This document shows positions 1 through 12,180 of a stretch of DNA of 64,000 bases, one piece after another. The position numbers and the translations under genes are program-made. Under the pieces are notes generated by a model. The model did not search any database. It was given only the letters and a program-made list of their open reading frames with translations, and was not told where the DNA came from. Position 1 is the stretch's first letter, and each line of letters begins with the position of its first letter. Location: assembly GCA_030390025.1 (NCBI GenBank), contig CM059431.1, forward strand, positions 150,290,001 through 150,354,000. The letters run 5' to 3'. This stretch comes from Squalus acanthias (lineage: Eukaryota).

Positions 1-339
1 GTTTTTCCAGCGTTTTCTGTTGTTGCCCCAGGATTGGGTCTTAGTTTCATGGCAGTTCGTGATTGGCTTTCCTTTGAACATGTGTCTGTCTGCGGTGGCT
101 GGTGCCATTTCTTGATTAAGTTAATTGTTTGTTGACACCTTTTAATGGCTCTTGGGTTTCGCTGGGTTTTCGATGCTGTCTCTGTGGGGGTTATCCTGTT
201 TTGCAGGTTTCCGTTAAGTTTCGCGCTGTTGCCTTGAGCTCCACTCACCCAGGGGAGATCCATACATATTAAATTCATCTTTATTACATACATCTTCTAT
301 TAATAGTCTTGAGTCCATCATAACATATATTTTTATTCT

Positions 340-1670
340 TACACAAGGCCCTGTACAATTGTAGCAAGACTTCCTTGCTCTTACACTCCAACCCCCTTGC
401 AATAAAGGCCAACGTGCCATTTACCATCCTTATTGCTTGCTGTACCTGCATGCTAGCTCTCTGTGTTTCTTGCACGAGGACACCCAAATCTCTCTGAACA
501 CCAACATTTGAAAGTTTCTCACCATTTAAAAAATATTCTGTTTTTCTATTCTTCCGACCAAAGTGAATAACCTCATTTCCCTACATTATACTCCATCTGC
601 CACCTTACTGCCCACTCACTTAGTCTATCTACAGTGTTCTTGCTCAGGCCAACATCCCCAGCATCGAAGCTTTGACCACGCTCGATCAGCTCCGATGGAC
701 GGGTCACATTGTCCGCATGCCCGATACGAGACTCCCAAAACAAGCGCTCTACTCGGAGCTCCGGCATGGCAAGAGAGCTCCAGGTGGGCAGAGGAAACGC
801 TTTAGGGACACCCTCAAAGCCTCCTTGAAAAAGTGTAACATCCCCACCGACACCTGGGAATCCCTGGCCCAAGACCACACAAAGTGGAGGAGAAGCATGC
901 GGGAAGGCGCCAAATACCTCGAGTCTCTTCGCCGGGAGCAAGCGGAAGCCAAGCGCAAACAGCGCAAGGAGCGCACGTCAACCCAGGCACCCTACCCACC
1001 CGCCCCTTCAACCACCGTCTGCCCCACCTGTGACAGAGACTGTAGGTCCCGCATTGGACTCATTAGTCACCTGCGAACTCATTTTTAATGTGGAAGCAAG
1101 TCATCCTCGGTTCCGAGGGACTGCCTAAGAAGAGAGTCTATCTATATCACTTTGCAGACTCTTTGTGTTCTCCTCACAGCTTACTATCCCACCTAGCTTT
1201 GTATCATCAGCAAACCTGGGTACATTACACTCGGTCCCTTCATCTAGGTCATTAATATAGATTGTAAATAACTTAGGCACCAACACTGCTCCTTGCGGCA
1301 CCCCGCTAGTTACAGCCTGTCAACCTGAAAAAGATCCATTTATCCCTACTCTCTGTTTTCTGTCTGTTAACCAATCCTCTATCAATGCTACTATATTACC
1401 CCCAACCCCATGAGCTCTAATCTTGTGTAATAACCTTTTATGTGGCACCTTATCGAATGCCTTTTGGAAATCCAAATATATTACATCCACTGGTTCCCCT
1501 TTATCTACCCTGCTAGTTACATCCTCAAAAAACCCTAATCAAGTTGTCAAACACGATTTCCCTTTCATAAAACCATGTTGACTCTGCCTAATCATGTTAT
1601 GATTTTCTAAGTGCCCTGATACCACTTCCTTAACAATGGATTCCAGCATTTTCCCGACGACTGATGTCAG
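340..1670 (-). mobile_element. CR1 LINE ORF2 fragment (RT region), split by an RTE insertion
   Basis: Minus-strand translation includes SMQVQQAIR...LLQLYRAL and DRLSEWAVRWQMEYNV; homologous to the other CR1 copies in the window. Ends approximate. Confidence 0.85.
632..1134 (+). mobile_element. 5'-truncated RTE-clade LINE 3' end
   Basis: QLRWTGHIVRMPDTRLPKQALYSEL and a terminal C2H2 finger (CPTCDRDCRSRIGLISHLRTH); GAGGGACTGCCTAAGAAG tail; 10-bp target-site duplication AGTCTATCTA at 622-631 and 1135-1144. Confidence 0.9.
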
Positions 1671-1699
1671 GATTAATATTAGATTAAAATTAATATTAA

Positions 1700-3295
1700 T
1701 AAAAAAAAGTACTGGAGAAATTAATGGGACTGAAAGCCGATAAATCCCCTGGACCTGATGGCTGACATTGTAGGATTTTGAAAGAGTTGGCTACAGAGAT
1801 AGTGGATGCATTGGTTGTCATTTTCCAAAATTTCATAGATTCTAGAACGGTTCCTGTGGATTGGCAGGTAGCAAATGTAGCCCCACTATTTAAGAAAGGA
1901 GGGAGAGAGAAAACTGGGAACTACAGACCAGTTAGCCTGACATCAGTAGTAGGGAAAATGCTAGAATCTGTTATTAGGGACGTGGTAACAGGGCAATTAG
2001 AAAATAATAGGATGGGGCAGAGTCAACACGGATTTATTAAAGGGAAAGCATGTTTTACATTTTTTTGAGGTTGTAACTAGCAGAATAGATAAGAGGGAAC
2101 CAGTGGATGTGGTATATTTGGATTTTCAGAAGGCATTCAATAAGGTGCCACACAAGAGGTTATTAAACAAAATTAGGGCTCATGAGATTGAGGGTAATAT
2201 ACTAGCATGGATTGAGGATTGGTTAAGGACAGAAAACAGAGAGTAGGAATAAACGGGTCATTTTCGGGTTGGCAGGCTGTAACTAGTGGGGTACCGCAAG
2301 GATCAGTGCTTGGGCCTCAGCTATTCACAATTGACATCAATGATTTGGGTGAGGGGACCAAATGTAATATATCCAAGTTTGCTGCTGATACAAAGCTGGG
2401 TGGGAATGTAAGTTGTGAGGAGGATGCAAGGAGGCTTCATGGGGATATTGACTGGCTAAGTGAGTGGGCAAGAACATGGCAAATGGAATATAATGTGGAG
2501 AAATGTGAAGTTATCCACTTTGGTAGGAAAAATAGAAAAGCAGAGTCTTTTTTAAATGATGAGAGATTGGGAAATTTTGGTGTTCAGAGGGACCTGGGTG
2601 TCCTTGTACACGAATCACTGAAAGTTGACATGCAGGTACAGCAAGCAATTAGGAAAGCAAATGGTATGTTGGCCTTCGTTACAAGAGAATTTGAGTATAG
2701 GAGTAAAGATGTCTTACTGCAATTATATAGGGCACTGGTGAGACCACACCTGGAGTATTGTGTACAGTTTTGGTCTCCTTACCTAAGGAAGGATATACTT
2801 GCCACAGTGGGAGTGCAACGAAGGTTCACCAGACTGGTTCCTGGGATGGGGGGATTGTCCTATGAGGAGAGATTGAGTAGACTAGGCCTATATTCTCTGG
2901 AGTTTAGAAGAATGAGAGGTGATCTCATTGAAACATGCAACATTTTTACAGGGATTGACGGGGTAGATGCAGGGAGGATGTTTCCCCTGGCTGGGGTGTC
3001 CAGAACCAGGGGTCACAGTCTCAGAATAAGGGGACGGCCATTTAGGACTGAGATGAGGAGAAATTTCTTCACTCAGAGGGTGGTGAATCTTTGGAATTCT
3101 CTACCCCAGAGGGCTGTGGATGCTCAGTCGTTGAGTATATTCAAGATAGAGATCGATAGATTTTTGAATCAAGGGATATGGGGATAGTGCAGGAAAGTGG
3201 AGATGAGGTCGAAGATCAGCCATGATCTTATTGAATGGCGGAGCAGGCTCGAAGGGCCAAATGGCCGACTCCTGCTTCTAATTCTTCTGTTCTTA
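1700..3295 (+). mobile_element. CR1 LINE, 5'-truncated, degenerate ORF2 plus 3' UTR
   Basis: [32 protein letters not shown] (for FADD), LEFRRMRGDLIE; CR1 3' UTR at about 3215-3295; stops and frameshifts. Confidence 0.92.
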
Positions 3296-3618
3296 TGAGA
3301 TGTTAAACCGAGGCCTCGACTTCCCTCTCGCGTGGCCGTAAAAATTCCCGCGGCCACTATTGGAAGATGATAAGGGGGTTGTTCTCCCCGGTGTCCTGGG
3401 CCAATATTTACTCTTCAGTCAAGAACATTTCTAAAAAAAAATAACATTATCTGGTCATTATCTGATATTATTTGTAGAAGCTTGCTTTGCACAAATTGGC
3501 TGCCGCGTTTCCGACATTACAACAGTGACCACACTTCAAAAGTGCGTCATTGGCTGCGAAGCACATTGGGCCGTCCTGAGGTGGCGAAAGGCGCTATACA
3601 AATGCAAGTCCTTTCTTT
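3296..3618 (+). mobile_element. Deu-domain SINE fragment (SacSINE1/AmnSINE1-like) with L2-type tail
   Basis: GTTAAACCGAGGCC...GTTCTCCCCGGTGTCCTGGGCCAATATTTA...AAAGGCGCTATACAAATGCAAG; same family recurs at 22020, 27625, 29293, 51828 and 53240. Family name from recalled consensus. Confidence 0.7.
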
Positions 3619-3732
3619 TGATGGCTCCCGTGGAACACCTTGGGACATTTGACTTTGTTAGAGGCGCTGTGTCAATGCAAGTTGTTTTGAGCTGTTGACA
3701 AGAGACCGATGCCCGAACGTCTGTGCTTTCAG

Positions 3733-3828
3733 GTCATCGCAGTCCATGTTTCGAGCAGACACCACCCATCTCCACCCCCAGCACCGGCGCCTTATCAACC
3801 AGCGGCTACAGCTGCAGAACTCCAGGAA
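3733..3828 (+). CDS. PATL1: PATL1 internal exon (SSQSMFRADTTHLHPQHRRLINQRLQLQNSR)
   Basis: tttcAG acceptor and GTAAGT donor; matches human PATL1 MFRPDTTHLHPQHRRL; ends in phase 2, compatible with the next exon. Confidence 0.9.
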
Positions 3829-3914
3829 GTAAGTAACTCCGCACTTTGTGTCCAATCTGGCACGTTGGGAAGGATGTCAAGGCCTTGGAGAGGGCACAGA
3901 GATTTACTAGATTT

Positions 3915-4222
3915 TTTTTTTTATTCGGTCCTGGAATGCAGGCGTCACTGGCAAAACCAGCATTTATTGCTCATCCCCAATTGCCCTCGAGAAGGTGGTG
4001 GTGAGCCGCCTTCTTGAACCGCTGCAGTCCGTGTGGTGAAGGTATGCCCACAGCGCTGTTAGGGAGGGAGTTCCAGGATTTTGACCCAGCGACGATGAAG
4101 GATCGCCGATATATTTCCAAGTCAGGATGGTGTGTGACTTGGAGGGGAACTTGGAGGTGGTGGTGTTCCCATGCGCCTGCTGCCCTTGTCCTTCTAGGCG
4201 GTAGAGGTGGCGGGTTGGAGAG
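3915..4222 (-). mobile_element. 3' end of a second LINE lineage (same family as 35575-37510)
   Basis: Homologous to 25500-25910, 35575-35960 and 52285-53010 (AGSKSWNSLPNS...GLQRFKKAAHHHLL). Confidence 0.8.
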
Positions 4223-4600
4223 TACCATTTACTAGAATGGTACCAGGGATGAGGGACTTCAGTTACGTGGAGAGACTGGAGAAGCTGGGATTGTTCTTAG
4301 AGCAGAGCTGGTTAAGGAGGATTTGATAGCGGTGTTCAAAATCATGAAGGGTTTTGACAGAGTCAATAAGGAGAAACTATTTCCAGTGGCCAGAGGGGAC
4401 ACATTGAAGATAATCTGCAGAAGAACTAGAAGGGAAGATGAGAATTTTTTTTCTGTAGCGAGTTGTGGTGATCTGGAATGCGCTGCCTGAAAGGGTGGTG
4501 GAATTAAATTCAACAGTAACTTTCAAAAGGGAAATTGGATAAATACTTGAAGGGGTGCAATTTGCAGGGCTATTGGGGCAAGAGCAGGGGGGGAGTGGGA
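4223..4600 (+). mobile_element. Old CR1 3' fragment
   Basis: Degenerate RLEKLGLF...DLIAVFKIMKGFD...WNALP coding-like sequence. Confidence 0.7.
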
Positions 4601-4757
4601 TCAGACGCTGTCCTCTCATTCTCTGGGACCTTGGGTCAGATCTAGTCCCAGACAGAGGGGGGTGAAAGGTGCTTTTACTGATCAGAAAATGGAAATGTTA
4701 CATTGAATAGCTTGGGTTGTTATTCTAAGATTAATGCTGAGGCAAATTGACAGGACC

Positions 4758-5183
4758 GTGTAGAGGGAGCTTTACTCTGTATCTAACCCCGTGCTGTTCC
4801 TGCCCTGGAGTGTTTGATGGGACAGTGTAGAGGGGAGCTTTACTCTGTATCTAACCTGTGCTGTACCTGTCCTGGAGTGTTTGATTGGACAGTGTAGAGG
4901 GAGCTTTACTCTGTATCTAACCCGTGCTGTTCCTGCTCCGAGAGTGTTTGATGGGACAGTGTAGAGGGAGTTTTACTCTGTATCTAACCTGTGCTGTACC
5001 TGCCCTGGGAGTGTTTGATGGGACAGTGTAGAGGGAGCTTTACTCTGTATCTAACCCCGTGCTGTACCTGCCCTGGGAGTGTTTGATTGGACAGTGTAGA
5101 GGGAGCTTTACTCTGTATCTAACCCGTGCTGTACCTGCCCTGGGAGTGTTTGATGGGACAGTGTCGAGGGAGATTTACTCTAA
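4758..5183 (+). repeat. 67-bp minisatellite, about 6 copies
   Basis: Unit GTGTAGAGGGAGCTTTACTCTGTATCTAACCCGTGCTGTACCTGCCCTGGGAGTGTTTGATGGGACA in tandem; same unit at 20826-21697 and 28567-28862. Confidence 0.95.
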
Positions 5184-5458
5184 CTGTGGGTTTGAGTCCC
5201 GCTCCAGCGCCTTCGCCTCTCACTGAGGCTGTATTCCCAGCCTCGGGTGTGCCCTCCTGTCCATGGGGCGTTAAACCGAAGCCCCCACAGCTGCCTGTTT
5301 GGGTCGAGGTGCGATGTCACCGGCAGAGGGAAGGGGGGAGTTTCCCCGCCGTGAACAGGCCTGCCTCCATTCCTCAACCCACCACTACCCTTGCTCTGTT
5401 CAATGGCGATGTTAGTGGTGGCTGCAGGATTTGCCTGCACTTCAGAAAGTAAGTCAAT

Positions 5459-6201
5459 GGCCCAAAAATTCGTGAGGAAGCCTTCGTGCGAGGGTAAGGC
5501 TTCCCCGCGATCTCTCACTGCGCGTTGGCTTTTTCAGTTCCAGCTCGCACGAACTTGATGTTCTGGACAGCTGCTGTGCTGGGCTTGCGTATCCCACAGG
5601 CGTAGTTAATTTGTGCGAGCTGTGGGATCACGTGACTCAGTTAGAGCCAATGGCAGCACACCATCTTCCAATAATAACTTTCACATAAGTGCTGTGAAAG
5701 CTATGAATACTATAGCCCCCCAAAAGAACAGCTAAACCTCAATTAAATTTAAAAAAAAACATCACATTAATAAAATAAGTATAGTTAAAGAAATTAAACA
5801 TTTTAAATAAAAAATTAAATTTTTGAAAAAATTTAAAATCTTTTAAAAAGTTATAAAAATAAACTTACCTGTCTTTAAAGTCTCTAAAAAAGATATACCT
5901 GTTAAAAAAAAATTCAAAATAATACTTAATTCACTACTTACCTTGTTAAAAGTGGGTCTTACGCCTCCTTTTTTTATGTGTAAAATCTTCCATACTTACC
6001 TGCGCGTTGAAACCACTAAGTGCACTGCATGCGCGCAGCCTGTAGCGCGCACGCGGTTCACCTAGGACCCGCCCCCTTTTCCATTCACCAAGTGCCGGTT
6101 TTCAGCGCATGCGCAGTGCATGCAGAAAACCGGCAATTGGAGACAGAATACGCGAGAGTACACAGTGCGTACTCTCGCGTAGCGGCACTAATTTTTGGGC
6201 C
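5459..6201. mobile_element. Non-autonomous TIR DNA element (MITE-like), AT-flanked
   Basis: Termini GGCCCAAAAATTCGTG and CACTAATTTTTGGGCC (15/16 inverted match), each abutting AT; several internal hairpins; AT-rich centre; no ORF of note. Confidence 0.75.
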
Positions 6202-6372
6202 ATTGTGTTGCGGCCGTGGAAGAGTCTGGTCTGAAATACCGGTACCTGAACCAAGAGCAGTGGGATGGGGCACGGATCAATCGCAGGAAGTGCACTCCAT
6301 TAACCGAACACTGGAGTCTGGAGCCAGATCACTAACAAGATCAGTAAACACTGATTGGTGTCTCTCACTGAC

Positions 6373-9300
6373 TCTCTCTCGCTCGCTCTCTCCGGCACTC
6401 GCCTCTCGCGCTCTCTCTCTCGCTCGCTCTCTCCGGCACTCGCCACTCGCGCTCTCTCTCTCCGCCTCTCGCGTGCTCTCTCCGGCACTCGCCACTCGCG
6501 CTCTCTCTCTCCGCCTCTCGCGTGCTCTCTCCTCTCGCGCTCTCTCTCCGCCTGTCGCGCTCTCTCTCCGCCTGTCGCGCTCTCTCTCCGCCTGTCGCGC
6601 TCTCTCTCCGCCTGTCGCGCTCTCTCTCCGCCTGTCGCGCTCTCTCTCCGCCTGTCGCGCTCTCTCTCCGCCTGTCGCGCTCTCTCTCCGCCTGTCGCGC
6701 TCTCTCTCCGCCTCTCGCGCTCTCTCTCCGCCTCTCGCGCTCTCTCTCCGCCTCTCGCGCTCTCTCTCCGCCTCTCGCGCTCTCTCTCCGCCTCTCGCGC
6801 TCTCTCTCCGCCTCTCGCGCTCTCTCTCCGCCTCTCGCGCTCTCTCTCCGCCTCTCGCGCTCTCTCTCCGCCTCTCGCGCTCTCTCTCCGCCTCTCGCGC
6901 TCTCTCTCCGCCTCTCGCGCTCTCTCTCCGCCTCTCGCGCTCTCTCTCCGCCTCTCGCGCTCTCTCTCCGCCTCTCGCGCTCTCTCTCCGCCTCTCGCGC
7001 TCTCTCTCCGCCTCTCGCGCTCTCTCTCCGCCTCTCGCGCTCTCTCTCCGCCCCTCGCGCGCGCTCTCTCCGCCCCGCGCGCTCTCTCTCCGCCCCTCGC
7101 GCGCGCTCTCTCCGCCCCGCGCGCTCTCTCTCCGCCCCTCGCGCGCTCTCTCTCCGCCCCTCGCGCGCTCTCTCTCCGCCCCTCGCGCGCTCTCTCTCCG
7201 CCCCTCGCGCGCTCTCTCTCCGCCCCTCGCGCGCTCTCTCTCCGCCCCTCGCGCGCTCTCTCCGCCCCTCGCGCGCTCTCTCTCCGCCCCTCGCGCTCTC
7301 TCTCCGCCCCTCGCGCGCTCTCTCCGCCCCTCGCGCGCTCTCTCCGCCCCTCGCGCGCTCTCTCCGCCCCTCGCGCGCTCTCTCCGCCCCTCGCGCGCTC
7401 TCTCCGCCCCTCGCGCGCGCTCTCTCCGCCCCTCGCGCGCGCTCTCTCCGCCCCTCGCGCGCGCTCTCTCCGCCCCTCGCGCGCGCTCTCTCCGCCCCTC
7501 GCGCGCGCTCTCTCCGCCCCTCGCGCGCGCTCTCTCCGCCCCTCGCGCGCGCTCTCTCCGCCCCTCGCGCGCGCTCTCTCCGCCCCTCGCGCGCGCTCTC
7601 TCCGCCCCTCGCGCGCGCTCTCTCCGCCCCTCGCGCGCGCTCTCTCCGCCCCTCGCGCGCGCTCTCTCCGCCCCTCGCGCGCGCTCTCTCCGCCCTCGCG
7701 CGCGCTCTCTCCGCCCCTCGCGCGCGCTCTCTCCCCCCCTCGCGCGCGCTCTCTCCGCCCCTCGCGCGCGCTCTCTCCGCCCCTCGCGCGCGCTCTCTCC
7801 GCCCCTCGCGCGCGCTCTCTCCGCCCCTCGCGAGCGCTCTCTCCGCCCCTCGCGCGCGCTCTCTCCGCCCCTCGCGCGCGCTCTCTCCCCCCCTCGCGCG
7901 CGCTCTCTCCCCCCCTCGCGCGCGCTCTCTCCGCCCTCGCGCGCGCTCTCTCCGCCCCTCGCGCGCGCTCTCTCCGCCCCTCGCGCGCGCTCTCTCCCCC
8001 CCTCGCGCGCGCTCTCTCCCCCCCTCGCGCGCGCTCTCTCGCCCCTCGCGCGCGCTCTCTCCCCCCCCTCGCGCGCTCTCTCTCCCCCCCCGCGCGCGCT
8101 CTCTCCCCCCCTCGCGCGCGCTCTCTCCCCCCCTCGCGCGCTCTCTCTCCCCCCCTCGCGCGCTCTCTCTCTCCGCCCCTCGCGGCGCGCGCTCTCCGCC
8201 CCTCGCGCGCGCTCTCTCTCCGCCCCCTCGCGAGCGCTCTCTCTCCGCCCCTCGCGCGCGCTCTCTCTCCGCCCCTCGCGCGCGCTCTCTCTCCGCCCCT
8301 CGCGCGCGCTCTCTCTCCGCCCCTCGCGCGCGCTCTCTCTCCGCCCCTCGCGCGCGCTCTCTCTCCGCCCCTCGCGCGCGCTCTCTCTCCGCCCCCTCGC
8401 GCGCGCTCTCTCTCCCCCCCTCGCGCGCGCTCTCTCTCCCCCCCTCGCGCGCGCTCTCTCTCCGCCCCCTCGCGCGCGCTCTCTCTCCCCCCCTCGCGCG
8501 CGCTCTCTCTCCCCCCCCTCGCGCGCGCTCTCTCTCCCCCCCCTCGCGCGCGCTCTCTCTCCCCGCCCCTCGCGCGCGCTCTCTCTCCCCGCCCCTCGCG
8601 CGCGCTCTCTCTCCCCGCCCCTCGCGCGCGCTCTCTCTCCCCGCCCCTCGCGCGCGCTCTCTCTCCCCGCCCCTCGCGCGCGCTCTCTCTCCCCGCCCCT
8701 CGCGCGCGCTCTCTCTCCCCGCCCCTCGCGCGCGCTCTCTCTCCCCGCCCCTCGCGCGCGCTCTCTCTCCCCCCCTCGCGCGCGCTCTCTCTCCCCCCCT
8801 CGCGCGCGCTCTCTCTCCCTCCCCTCGCGCGCGCTCTCTCTCCCCGCCCCTCGCGCGCGCTCTCTCTCCCCCCCTCGCGCGCGCTCTCTCTCCCCGCCCC
8901 TCGCGCGCGCTCTCTCTCTCCCCCCTCGCGCGCGCTCTCTCTCTCCGCCCCTCGCGCGCGCTCTCTCTCTCCGCCCCCTCAGCGCGCGCTCTCTCTCTCC
9001 GCCCCTCGCGCGCGCTCTCTCTCCCCGCCCCTCGCGCGCGCTCTCTCTCCCCGCCCCTCGCGCGCGCTCTCTCTCCCCGCCCCCTCGCGCGCGCTCTCTC
9101 TCCCCCCCCCTCGCGCGCGCTCTCTCTCCCCGCCCCTCGCGCGCGCTCTCTCTCCCCGCCCCTCGCGCGCGCTCTCTCTCCCCGCCCCCTCGCGCGCGCT
9201 CTCTCTCCCCGCCCCTCGCGCCGCGCTCTCTCTCCCCCGCCCCTCGCGCGCGCTCTCTCTCCCCGCCCCTCGCGCGCGCTCTCTCTCTCCGCCCCTCGCG

Positions 9301-11990
9301 CGCGCTCTCTCTCTCCGCCCCTCGCGCGCGCTCTCTCTCTCCGCCCCTCGCGCGCGCTCTCTCTCTCCGCCCCTCGCGCGCGCTCTCTCTCTCCGCCCCT
9401 CGCGCGCGCTCTCTCTCTCCGCCCCTCGCGCGCGCTCTCTCTCTCCCCCCCTCGCGCGCGCTCTCTCTCTCCGCCCTCGCGCGCGCTCTCTCTCTCCCCT
9501 GCCCTCGCGCGCGGCTCTCTCTCTCCGCCCCTCGCGCGCGCTCTCTCTCTCCGCCCCTCGCGCGCGCTCTCTCTCTCCGCCCCTCGCGCGCGCTCTCTCT
9601 CTCCGCCCCTCGCGCGCGCTCTCTCTCTCCGCCCCTCGCGCGCGCTCTCTCTCTCCGCCCCTCGCGCGCGCTCTCTCTCTCCGCCCCTCGCGCGCGCTCT
9701 CTCTCTCCCCCCCTCGCGCGCGCTCTCTCTCTCCCCCCCTCGCGCGCGCTCTCTCTCTCCCCCCTCGCGCGCGCTCTCTCTCTCCCCCCTCGCGCGCGCT
9801 CTCTCTCTCCCCCCTCGCGCGCGCTCTCTCTCTCCCCCCTCGCGCGCGCGCTCTCTCTCTCCCGCCCCCTCGCCGCGCGCTCTCTCCTCTCCGCCCCCTC
9901 GCGCGCGCTCTCTCTCTCCCCCCTCGCGCGCGCTCTCTCTCCGCCCCTCGCGCGCGCTCTCTCTCTCCGCCCCTCGCGCGCGCTCTCTCTCTCCGCCCCT
10001 CGCGCGCGCTCTCTCTCTCCGCCCCTCGCGCGCGCTCTCTCTCTCCGCCCCTCGCGCGCGCTCTCTCTCTCCGCCCCTCGCGCGCGCTCTCTCTCTCCGC
10101 CCCTCGCGCGCGCTCTCTCTCTCCGCCCCTCGCGCGCGCTCTCTCTCTCCGCCCCCTCGCGCGCGCGCTCTCTCTCCCGCCCCTCGCGCGCGCGCTCTCT
10201 CTCCCCCCCTCGCGCGCGCGCTCTCTCTCCGCCCCTCGCGCGCGCGCTCTCTCTCCGCCCCTCGCGCGCGCGCTCTCTCTCCGCCCCTCGCGCGCGCGCT
10301 CTCTCTCCGCCCCTCGCGCGCGCGCTCTCTCTCCGCCCCTCGCGCGCGCGCTCTCTCTCCGCCCCTCGCGCGCGCGCTCTCTCTCCGCCCCTCGCGCGCG
10401 CGCTCTCTCTCCGCCCCTCGCGCGCGCGCTCTCTCTCCGCCCCTCGCGCGCGCGCTCTCTCTCCGCCCCTCGCGCGCGCTCTCTCTCTCCGCCCCTCGCG
10501 CGCGCTCTCTCTCTCCGCCCCTCGCGCGCGCTCTCTCTCTCCGCCCCTCGCGCGCGCTCTCTCTCTCCGCCCCTCGCGCGCGCTCTCTCTCTCCGCCCCT
10601 CGCGCGCGCTCTCTCTCTCCGCCCCTCGCGCGCGCTCTCTCTCTCCGCCCCTCGCGCGCGCGCTCTCTCTCCGCCCCTCGCGCGCGCTCTCTCTCTCCGC
10701 CCCTCGCGCGCGCTCTCTCTCTCCGCCCCTCGCGCGCGCTCTCTCTCTCCGCCCCTCGCGCGCGCTCTCTCTCTCCGCCCCTCGCGCGCGCTCTCTCTCT
10801 CCGCCCCTCGCGCGCGCTCTCTCTCTCCGCCCCTCGCGCGCGCTCTCTCTCTCCGCCCCTCGCGCGCGCTCTCTCTCTCCGCCCCTCGCGCGCGCTCTCT
10901 CTCTCCGCCCCTCGCGCGCGCTCTCTCTCTCCGCCCCTCGCGCGCGCTCTCTCTCTCCGCCCCTCGCGCGCGCTCTCTCTCTCCGCCCCTCGCGCGCGCT
11001 CTCTCTCTCCGCCCCTCGCGCGCGCTCTCTCTCTCCGCCCCTCGCGCGCGCTCTCTCTCTCCGCCCCTCGCGCGCGCTCTCTCTCTCCGCCCCTCGCGCG
11101 CGCTCTCTCTCTCCGCCCCTCGCGCGCGCTCTCTCTCTCCGCCCCTCGCGCGCGCTCTCTCTCTCCGCCCCTCGCGCGCGCTCTCTCTCTCCGCCCCTCG
11201 CGCGCGCTCTCTCTCTCCGCCCCTCGCGCGCGCTCTCTCTCTCCGCCCCTCGCGCGCGCTCTCTCTCTCCGCCCCTCGCGCGCGCTCTCTCTCTCCGCCC
11301 CTCGCGCGCGCTCTCTCTCTCCGCCCCTCGCGCGCGCTCTCTCTCTCCGCCCCTCGCGCGCGCTCTCTCTCTCCGCCCCTCGCGCGCGCTCTCTCTCTCC
11401 GCCCCTCGCGCGCGCTCTCTCTCTCCGCCCCTCGCGGCGCTCTCTCTCTCTCCGCCCCTCGCGCGCGCTCTCTCTCTCCGCCCCTCGCGCTGCGCGCTCT
11501 CTCTCCGCCCCTCGCGCGCGCGCTCTCTCTCTCCCCCTCGCGCGCGCGCTCTCTCTCCTCCCCCTCGCGCGCGCGCTCTCTCTCCGCCCCTCGCGCGCGC
11601 GCTCTCTCTCCGCCCCTCGCGCGCGCGCTCTCTCTCCGCCCCTCGCGCGCGCGCTCTCTCTCCGCCCCTCGCGCGCGCGCTCTCTCTCCGCCCCTCGCGC
11701 GCGCGCTCTCTCTCCGCCCCTCGCGCGCGCGCTCTCTCTCCGCCCTCGCGCGCGCGCTCTCTCTCCGCCTCTCGCGCGCGCGCTCTCTCTCCGCCCCTCG
11801 CGCGCGCGCTCTCTCTCCGCCCCTCGCGGCGCGCGCTCTCTCCGCCTCTCGCGCGCGCGCTCTCTCCGCCTCTCGCGCGCGCTCTCTCTCCGCCCCTCGC
11901 GCGCGCGCTCTCTCCGCCCCTCGCGCGCGCTCTCTCTCTCCGCCCCTCGCGCGCGCTCTCTCTCTCCGCCTCTCGCGCCCCCTCTCCCCG
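6373..11990 (+). repeat. About 5.6-kb CG/CT-rich tandem array of roughly 20-28-bp units
   Basis: Units such as CTCTCTCTCCGCCTGTCGCG and CTCTCTCTCTCCGCCCCTCGCGCGCG; almost no A on the + strand. Confidence 0.97.
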
Positions 11991-12180
11991 CCCCCTCTCC
12001 CCGCCCCCTCTCCCCGCCTGTCTCTTCTCTCTCGCTCTCTCGCTTTCTTACACTTTCCCTCTCTCTCGCTTTCTCTCTTTTATCTCTCTCTCTCGCTTTC
12101 TCTCACTTTCGCGCTCACTTTGGCTCTCTCACTCTGTCCAGCTCTCTCTCTCATTATATTTCTCTCTCTCACTCGCTCAG

